From assembly GCA_049683935.1 (NCBI GenBank), contig JBAUJR010000071.1: a DNA stretch of 64,000 nt. One strand, written 5' to 3'. This DNA comes from Mycobacterium sp. Lineage in GTDB: Bacteria > Actinomycetota > Actinomycetes > Mycobacteriales > Mycobacteriaceae. Made by a program: the position numbers and the translations under genes. Below, one piece after another: positions 49,916 through 56,882 of the stretch. Position 1 is the stretch's first letter, and the number at the start of each line of letters is the position of its first letter. The notes under the pieces are model-generated. The model saw only the letters and a list, made by a program, of their open reading frames with translations. It made no database searches and was not told the DNA's origin.

Positions 49916-52855
49916 TCAGCCCGACACCTCGCGCAGGGTGTCGATCTGTCGCCCCAGTTCGGCGCGACCGCGGATGCCGAGCTTGCGATAGATGCGACCG
50001 AGGTTGTGTTCCACCGTTTTCGGGCTGATGTACATCGCAGCTGCGACGTCCCTGTTCGTCATTCCGGACGCGACCAACTCGGCGACGCGTAACTCGGACG
50101 GGGTGAGGATGTGCTGCGACGGGCCGGCGGCGGCGCGCTCGAGTTCGGCGCGGGCCCGGTCAGCCCACAGTGATGCCCCGAGACCTTCGAACGTTGCGAG
50201 AGCGTCGGCGAGAGTGACACGGGCGGCGTGCTTCTGCCGCAGGCGGCGCTGCAACTGGCCGACGACCAATTGGGTGCGGGCGCGCTCGAAGGGCATCGGC
50301 AGCGCGTCGTGTGCCTCGAGCGACCGGGCGGCGGCTTCTTCGGCGGCATGGATCTCACCGCGCGCCGCCAGCAGCATGGTTCGGCACCGGGCACCGATCG
50401 CGATCATCCACGGGCGGTTCAGGCGGGCACCGTTGTCCTCGAGTGCGTCGACCCACGGCTCGAACTCGTCGGTGCGGCCCAGTGCGAACGCCGCCTCCAT
50501 CAGGTCCGGCAGGAACCACCACGACGCGATCTCGGTGTGTCCGTCGACGCCGCCGCGGGCCAGCAGCGGATGGAGTACTTCGACCGCCGCAGCGTGCTGT
50601 CCCAGCGAGAGCTCGAGAAAGCCCAGCACCATTCGTGGTCCGTCGAGCAGCGTCGTCTCCCCAAGTTGATCCGAGTGCTCCAAGACCAGTCCGATCTCGG
50701 CCCGGGCGTCGGCCTCGCGACCCTCCAGCGCGGCGATCAGCCCCCGCGGTACCGCCGCCAGGGCGCGGGCTGGAATGCTGTCCAGTTGCTCGGCACCGAG
50801 CAGCATGTCGTCGGTGACCTGCGTGGCGTCTCGGTGCCGCCCCAGCCAGATGTCGACCATGGCCGCGTGGGATTGGACCCAGAGCATGTCGACATCGGAA
50901 CCCCTGGCAGCGCAGTATCTCTGGGCGTCGATGAATTGCCCACGGGCCTCCGTCAACCTGCCGGTCCACGACGAGACGAGCGCCTTGACGATGTGCGCGC
51001 TGAAAGGTGCCGCGGTGTGCACGCCGGTGTCGTGGCGCTGCTCCAGATCGATCGCCCGCTGTAGGGACACCTCGTCCACACCCTGCCCGTTGGCACAACG
51101 GAACAGCACCTGCGCAGCCAGCGCCTGGCTGATCAACATCCGGTCGGCGAACTCGTCTGCACGTGTCCGGGCCAGTTGCGCATGGCGAGCGGCACCTTCG
51201 GCGTCCCCGGCGGTCGACAACGTGATCGCCAAGGTGAGGTGGGTTCGCACCGTCAGCGCCGGATCGTCGGCGGCATCGACGACGGCGGCGTGGAGTTGTT
51301 CGATGGCGCGGCGGAAGTCGCCGCGGACGGAGAGGGCGCCGCCCAGCAACACCCGGGCGCGGGCGCGTAGCGGTCCTTCGGGGAGTTCGGATGCGGCGGG
51401 CTCCAACAGTGCGAGCGCGCGATCCACGTCACCGGAGAGGAGGTGGCTGTGTGCGGCGTTCACCCGACGTGTCGCGGTGCCGCCTCCGAGGCCGATGGCG
51501 AGTTCGAGCAACTCCGCGACAACTGCCGGCGAGGCCTTCGCACGCGCGGCATCTGCCGCTGAGTCAAGTGCAAGAAGGGTTTCGGGGTCACCTGTCGTCG
51601 CCGCCAGAGCCATGTGCCGGGCCTGACGTTCGAGCACCGGCTCGATACCGGCGACGGTCCGGTGGATGCGTCGTCGGTCCGCCGGGCGTGCCTGGCTGTA
51701 GACGACATGGGCGAGCAGGGGGTGGGAGAAGTGTAGCTGGCCGCCGTCGATGACGACGATGCCACGATTCTCCGGGACCTCGAGCAGCGTCACGATCCGC
51801 CGGACCGGCCGCCGCAGGATCGCCGCGAGCAGGTCCAGCGTCGGGTGGGTGACGCAGGCCGCGGCAAGCAGCACCTCGTGGACTTCCTCGTCGAGCTGGC
51901 CCACACGCAGACCCATGACGTCGGTCAGGGTCGACGGGAGCGCGGATCCCCAGGCCGAGTCCGCGGTGTCCAGTGCGTGGGCGAGTTCCAATGCGTAGTA
52001 GGGGTTTCCACCCGAGATCTCAGCGATTCGCGCCATCGTGGAGCGGGGGAACGACCGGCCGGTCCGACTCGACATGAGGCGGTGGAGCCGACCGAGCGGC
52101 ATCGGCGCGATCGTCAGGCGCGTCACGCTCTCGGACCGTCCCAGATCCAGCCAGGACGCCGCACCGGAACGGTCCGGAACAGTCCGCTCGGTCACGACGA
52201 TCCCGATCCGACCTCGCACCCGCCGCAGCGCATACGCCAACACGTCACGCGTCGCCGCATCGATCCACTGCACATCGTCAACCGCCAGCAGCACCGGCGT
52301 GCGCACCGCCAGTTCCTCGATGATCGACATGAAAGCCGCGGCGACCGAACGACGGTCGATATCGGCACTCGGGCCACCCGCGCGGATCAAGACCTGCTCG
52401 AGCGCCTCCCGCCGCGCGGCGGGCAGACAGTCGAGCACCTCGGGTTCGACATCACCGAGCAGATCGTCGAGCCCGACAAAGTCCAACAGCGACTCCGCTT
52501 CGCTCGCCCGCGTGGACAGCACACGGAAGCCGGCCTGCCGCGCCTCGTCATGCGTGGCCAGCCACAGTGTCGTCTTGCCGATCCCCGGCTCACCGTCGAT
52601 GAGCAGCGCCGACGGTTGGCGCGCTGCCGCGTCGATAAATTCGGTGACGCTTGCTGCTTCGTCCTTCGCATTCACGGGCCGGCCTACCGGTGGAGGCGAT
52701 CCGGGACCGGCGAAGTACGGGCGGAACTGCAGCCCGAGACAAGCGCCGGTTCGAGGGTTGCTCGGGAAGGATGAGGGCAGGTCACGTCGGTACCTCCATT
52801 GTGGAAGGGCGCGCAGGTCGGGCACGCTGGGAATCTCGATCACCGGCACCGTCAT
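49916..52855 (-). CDS. Large ATP-binding LuxR-family regulator (LAL / MalT-like: P-loop NTPase, helical repeats, C-terminal LuxR HTH)
   Basis: It has Walker A GEPGIGKTT, Walker B LLAVDDVQW and the C-terminal HTH LTPSELRVAELVASGMTNRDVAAAMYISPKTVEHNLGRIYRKLG. The first 60 codons are Pro/Arg-rich. GTG 52675 (VNAKDEAAS...) is the more likely start. Confidence 0.85.
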   Translation of the reverse strand: MTVPVIEIPSVPDLRALPQWRYRRDLPSSFPSNPRTGACLGLQFRPYFAGPGSPPPVGRPVNAKDEAASVTEFIDAAARQPSALLIDGEPGIGKTTLWLATHDEARQAGFRVLSTRASEAESLLDFVGLDDLLGDVEPEVLDCLPAARREALEQVLIRAGGPSADIDRRSVAAAFMSIIEELAVRTPVLLAVDDVQWIDAATRDVLAYALRRVRGRIGIVVTERTVPDRSGAASWLDLGRSESVTRLTIAPMPLGRLHRLMSSRTGRSFPRSTMARIAEISGGNPYYALELAHALDTADSAWGSALPSTLTDVMGLRVGQLDEEVHEVLLAAACVTHPTLDLLAAILRRPVRRIVTLLEVPENRGIVVIDGGQLHFSHPLLAHVVYSQARPADRRRIHRTVAGIEPVLERQARHMALAATTGDPETLLALDSAADAARAKASPAVVAELLELAIGLGGGTATRRVNAAHSHLLSGDVDRALALLEPAASELPEGPLRARARVLLGGALSVRGDFRRAIEQLHAAVVDAADDPALTVRTHLTLAITLSTAGDAEGAARHAQLARTRADEFADRMLISQALAAQVLFRCANGQGVDEVSLQRAIDLEQRHDTGVHTAAPFSAHIVKALVSSWTGRLTEARGQFIDAQRYCAARGSDVDMLWVQSHAAMVDIWLGRHRDATQVTDDMLLGAEQLDSIPARALAAVPRGLIAALEGREADARAEIGLVLEHSDQLGETTLLDGPRMVLGFLELSLGQHAAAVEVLHPLLARGGVDGHTEIASWWFLPDLMEAAFALGRTDEFEPWVDALEDNGARLNRPWMIAIGARCRTMLLAARGEIHAAEEAAARSLEAHDALPMPFERARTQLVVGQLQRRLRQKHAARVTLADALATFEGLGASLWADRARAELERAAAGPSQHILTPSELRVAELVASGMTNRDVAAAMYISPKTVEHNLGRIYRKLGIRGRAELGRQIDTLREVSG

Positions 52856-52978
52856 CGGATCGATCCGTCGTTAAGCGAAGTTCGGGCCATCTCGACGACG
52901 TGCACTGGTGCCTCCTAGGTACTGCCCAAACGCGTTGGGTGACGAGGAGGAGCGTATGAACGCGACGACTGTGGCGTC

Positions 52979-53024
52979 ACGCGTAGTCGACTACGTGTTT
53001 ATGCTCGTAGCGCTACTTAGTAGC
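52979..53024. promoter_or_regulatory. Cluster of GTAG/CTAC palindromes between the LAL regulator and the GMC oxidoreductase (candidate lux-box-like operators)
   Basis: ACGCGTAGTC|GACTACGTGT at 52979-52998 is a 20-bp inverted repeat with one mismatch per arm. Its core CGTAGTCGACTACG is perfect. GTAGCGCTAC at 53007-53016 is perfect. G-CTACT-T-AGTAG-C at 53012-53024 is perfect around a central T. Confidence 0.45.
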
Positions 53025-53085
53025 AAGCAACTCGCGACCGCGTGAGTGCTCGCTGATCTGCATGTAGTGCGGGCTTCGCCCGGCT

Positions 53086-54810
53086 ATGGTGACGCACATG
53101 GTGGGGTGGCAGGTAGGACCTTCGAAGTGCCTGATCAAGAAGGGCGTCGACTATCTGGTGATCGGCAGCGGCTTCGGCGGGTCGGTGGCGGCGGCTACTC
53201 TGGCCGAAAACGTGGACGATAAGACTTCAGTCTGTCTGTTTGAACGTGGCAAAGCGTATCCGCCGGGGTCTTTTCCCAGAACATGGAACGGCCTCAACGC
53301 CAGCTTCTGGGATCCGCCCTACCGGAACGGGATGTTCCAGATGTGGTCGTTCACCGGAATTGACGCGATCACAGCGAGCGGGCTCGGTGGCGGCTCGCTC
53401 ATCTACGCCAATGTCATGTTGGAGAAGCCCGAGGCTTGGTTCACTCAACCGAACCCCGACGGATCAGGCACCGAATGCTGGTCATTCCGACACGGGGAAC
53501 TCGCAAAGTACTACCAACAGGTGAGGGATTTCCTCAAGGTGGAGGAGCTACCGGACGAGTTGAGAACATGCTCACCCAAAACCACGCGGTTTCTCGAAGC
53601 ACTGCCGGATGCCCAGCTGGCTCCGTTGGCGGTGCGCTTTTCCGCCACAGAAGGCAACCCGCAGTTCGGCGTCCCGCTCCCGGCGGAAGATTATGCAAAC
53701 ATCCACGGAGACGTGCAGCGCACCACGTGCCAGATGTGCGGTGAGTGCGATTTCGGGTGCAACGTCGGCGCCAAGAACACCATGGACCATACCTACCTGT
53801 CGAAGGCCGCCGACGACGGCGCGGAGATCTGCGTCCAGACCGAGGTGCGCGAGATCCATAGCTGCAATGACGGAAAGGGCCACCTGTTCCACGTCGGCTA
53901 TATCGTCCACCGAGACGAGCCCGTCGCACAGGACCAGCCCGATCCTCCGCTGCAATGGATTAGGGCCAAACGTGTTGTCCTGGCTGCAGGAACCCTCAAC
54001 ACCACGCTCCTCATGTTGAGCAACAGGGGGAACCTCAACATTTCATGCGACGAACCGATCGGCAAGCGATTCTGCGGCAATGGCGACCTTCTCGGGTTCG
54101 CCCTACCTAAATTCTGTTCCCGGGGTCTGACTCCCAGCGGGGGTCCGGTCATCACCACCTACCATCAGAACGAGGAAGGTGGCCAACGAATTCTGTTACA
54201 AGACGGTGGGGCACCAAATTTGAGAAGTTGGAAACTGACTTGGAAAGAGGCCCGCGATCTAATCGTCGCGCTGGGCCGAGAGTGGGTCGAGCGCATTCGG
54301 AGGCCTCCTCGGGGCATTACAACCGCTACGCAGGAGCGCTCCGGTTGGCCGCGATGGCACTGGCCGCTGCCGATTCTGGGCATGGGCGCCGATACGCCTA
54401 GTGGCCAATTGACATTGGACAAGTCAAACTCCACCTTGGAGTGTGACTGGACGATCGACAAATCCCAATCTCACTTCAATGAAGTGCGGCAGCGCATGGA
54501 GTCACTCTCCCAGCGACTCACAACGCGCTTCCTGCTCAAGCCCCGATGGATCCTGAATCGCGTCATCACCGTTCACCCGCTGGGTGGCTGCCCCGCCGAC
54601 ACGACGGCCGACAAGGGTGTCGTCGACAGCTACGGCCGAGTCCACTCGGTGCCCGGACTGTGGATCGCCGACGGCTCGGTGATGCCGGGACCGATCGGCG
54701 CCAACCCCTCGCTGACCATTGCCGCCTTCGCACGCCGTGCTGCCTGCGAGCTCCTCAAAGAAGGCCTCGGAACGCCCTCCACCCCAGAGCCGTTCATTCG
54801 TTCTGAATGA
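53086..54810 (+). CDS. GMC-family FAD oxidoreductase, ChoD / cholesterol-oxidase-like
   Basis: 574 aa. It contains the FAD motif DYLVIGSGFGGSVAA, the CQMCGECDFGCNVGAKNT motif typical of ChoD-like enzymes, and the C-terminal HPLGGC...VDSYGRVHSVPGLWIADGSVMPGPIGANPSLTI. No signal peptide is visible. The alternative ATG 53098 would be leaderless behind TATGGT (53085-53090). Confidence 0.85.
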   Translation: MVTHMVGWQVGPSKCLIKKGVDYLVIGSGFGGSVAAATLAENVDDKTSVCLFERGKAYPPGSFPRTWNGLNASFWDPPYRNGMFQMWSFTGIDAITASGLGGGSLIYANVMLEKPEAWFTQPNPDGSGTECWSFRHGELAKYYQQVRDFLKVEELPDELRTCSPKTTRFLEALPDAQLAPLAVRFSATEGNPQFGVPLPAEDYANIHGDVQRTTCQMCGECDFGCNVGAKNTMDHTYLSKAADDGAEICVQTEVREIHSCNDGKGHLFHVGYIVHRDEPVAQDQPDPPLQWIRAKRVVLAAGTLNTTLLMLSNRGNLNISCDEPIGKRFCGNGDLLGFALPKFCSRGLTPSGGPVITTYHQNEEGGQRILLQDGGAPNLRSWKLTWKEARDLIVALGREWVERIRRPPRGITTATQERSGWPRWHWPLPILGMGADTPSGQLTLDKSNSTLECDWTIDKSQSHFNEVRQRMESLSQRLTTRFLLKPRWILNRVITVHPLGGCPADTTADKGVVDSYGRVHSVPGLWIADGSVMPGPIGANPSLTIAAFARRAACELLKEGLGTPSTPEPFIRSE

Positions 54811-55420
54811 GTTCTTTGCGCACATAGATCCGCCACAGGCCCCTTACGAAGAAGGCGACGTAGGCACCGACGGCGCGCCAGCGAGTGAACAATCCTCCGT
54901 CGCCGTAGCCACGCATCCTCGTCATCTGACGGACGAACTCCCACAGGGTGATCGAGATGACGCCCGCTGCACGCCGCGGCCGCTGCTTGTCATCGTCCGG
55001 TGTGACGTCGACGAGCGTCACACGAAGCCGCGTGGTGTCACCCCAGACCCGCCAGATGCGCCCTCCCCTCGGTTCGAGCACCTTGCGTGCCGTCATTTTG
55101 AATTGACGGTCATCGTTGATCAGGTCCGCGGTGTAGAGCATCTGTTGCACTGTTGTGCCGTTTGGCCCCTGGCCCGACTCAAACAATACGAATTTGCCGT
55201 TTTCGGTGACGAATCGTCCACCAAGCACGGGGATCACGACATCAGCACGCATGTCCGCTTCGCGCGAACTGCCTGCGATGAAGGCGGCGACGTTCGGGAT
55301 ATCAATGGTCAGATGCATCGCGGTGGCAAATCCGTCGACACGCTCATAACCGTCCACCGGGTCCAGCGCACGCAGTGCGATGCGCCCCGTCATCGTCTCC
55401 CGGAAACGTAACCCCGTCAC
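54794..55420 (-). CDS. Orphan 208-aa protein, no recognisable family
   Basis: The GTG start overlaps the stop of the upstream 4-TM gene (GTGA). The 3' end overlaps the convergent GMC gene by 17 bp. The sequence has ordinary globular composition (MTGLRFRETMTGRIALRALDPVDGYERVDGF...). Confidence 0.6.
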   Translation of the reverse strand: MTGLRFRETMTGRIALRALDPVDGYERVDGFATAMHLTIDIPNVAAFIAGSSREADMRADVVIPVLGGRFVTENGKFVLFESGQGPNGTTVQQMLYTADLINDDRQFKMTARKVLEPRGGRIWRVWGDTTRLRVTLVDVTPDDDKQRPRRAAGVISITLWEFVRQMTRMRGYGDGGLFTRWRAVGAYVAFFVRGLWRIYVRKELIQNE

Positions 55421-55767
55421 CGATTACTCCGAGCCTGCGCGGCCAATACTGCGAACCAGACCACCGTTGCCCCCCATGCAACCCCCCAGGCGCACACACT
55501 GACCAACGGCACCTCAGTACTTCCACACACCGCAATCCAACCCACCACTGCGGCCACCAGTGCAGCGACCGCCGGCCACCGCAAACCCGAAAACACTTCG
55601 GTGATCGCCAGGACCCCGGCGAGCACGGCCGCCACTACCGCCAGATAGCCAACATTCGGAGCCACGACGCCCGGTCCGGAACCGAGATGTATTGCCAGGC
55701 TGGGAAACAGCAGGGCGGACAGAACAAAGAGCAGACCCATATGGCTGACCAGCACAAGTTTTGTCAT
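55417..55767 (-). CDS. Small 4-TM membrane protein
   Basis: ATG 55767 lies 2 nt after the hydrolase stop (55770-55772). The 116-aa product has four hydrophobic helices. The track ORF start at 55866 lies inside the hydrolase gene. Confidence 0.6.
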   Translation of the reverse strand: MTKLVLVSHMGLLFVLSALLFPSLAIHLGSGPGVVAPNVGYLAVVAAVLAGVLAITEVFSGLRWPAVAALVAAVVGWIAVCGSTEVPLVSVCAWGVAWGATVVWFAVLAAQARSNR

Positions 55768-55769
55768 CG

Positions 55770-56882
55770 TCAGCCACTCAGCCAATCGATCATTCGGGGG
55801 AAGATGTTGACGGCTGAATACTCCCCCAGGAAGGTGTCGAGGTGGCCATATCCCTCGGGCTCCCAAAGATCATGAGGTCCAGTGGTCTTGGCCTTGAAGA
55901 CCCGGAAGGATCGCTCCATCCCTTGCGGATGGAATGTCTTGTTGTCGGCCCCGCAGACAAACAGGAACCGCGCGTCGGTCTTCGGCTCGTGGGCAAAATT
56001 CACGGGGATATCGTCGTATCCGCGCACCGCGACCAACTGCTTTGCCTTGAGGCATCTGCGAGTCTGCCGGAACAAGCTCACCGGTACATGCGCGAACTCC
56101 CCCTTGATCCAGTCGTGGGTCACGTCGTCGAGGTTCTGATGGCTCCACAGAGTCGGAAAGCCCACGCCGTAGGTGAAACTCGAGTGCTTACACACCGGGT
56201 TATTGCATTCGTGATGGAATGTCCGAACGAGGAAATCCAACAGTTTGGCGCTGAAACTCGATGCGTACAGCCCGAATTGCGGATTGAACCAGCTCGTCAT
56301 CCTGCCCAGTGTCGCCAGCGCAATAGGCAGCTTGACCCCGGCGGACCACCGAACCTTCGGGTGCATCGCGGTCGAGTTGGCCACCACCGTCGTGACTTCG
56401 CGCAGCAGGCCGGACGCGATGGACATCATGAAGGCGTGGGAGCCCTGACAGTGCACAACAGCTTTGACTGCGTTGTTCTTCTTGGCGGACTCTGACGTTG
56501 TGAGCCTGAGGATCTCGGCTACCGCTGCCGGGAAATCATGCACCGCGGCGTCGTCGAACGTGTACTGCGTCGGTTCGAGATCGATGCTGGCACGCCAGTT
56601 GAGAAGCCAGACGTCGAAACCCGCCGCTGACAGCATCGCCGGAAGCGTGATCGTACTCGGAGGGCAGAAGAGGTTCGCTCGGGTGCCGGACCCGTGGACG
56701 AACATCACCGCGCCCATGTCACGCTCAGCTTCCGGGTCCGGACCGAGATGCTGGAAGTTGAGTTGAAATCCGTCCTTCGCCTTGAACCAGACGGTCTCCA
56801 TCTTCGGCAGTGCGGCACCGTCCGGGTTCCGCAGCGAGATGTCGGACTCGGTCAGCAACGGCGATATCGAGAACATCCCCAT
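55770..56882 (-). CDS. Alpha/beta-fold protein with Cys at the nucleophile elbow (PhaC / lipase-like)
   Basis: 370 aa. It has the oxyanion-region FVHGSG. The elbow KAVVHCQGSHA aligns with xGHSxGG and places Cys at the nucleophile position. Asp and His candidates are FVCGADNKTF and GYGHLD. The ATG abuts the LAL regulator stop (TGAATG). Confidence 0.7.
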   Translation of the reverse strand: MGMFSISPLLTESDISLRNPDGAALPKMETVWFKAKDGFQLNFQHLGPDPEAERDMGAVMFVHGSGTRANLFCPPSTITLPAMLSAAGFDVWLLNWRASIDLEPTQYTFDDAAVHDFPAAVAEILRLTTSESAKKNNAVKAVVHCQGSHAFMMSIASGLLREVTTVVANSTAMHPKVRWSAGVKLPIALATLGRMTSWFNPQFGLYASSFSAKLLDFLVRTFHHECNNPVCKHSSFTYGVGFPTLWSHQNLDDVTHDWIKGEFAHVPVSLFRQTRRCLKAKQLVAVRGYDDIPVNFAHEPKTDARFLFVCGADNKTFHPQGMERSFRVFKAKTTGPHDLWEPEGYGHLDTFLGEYSAVNIFPRMIDWLSG

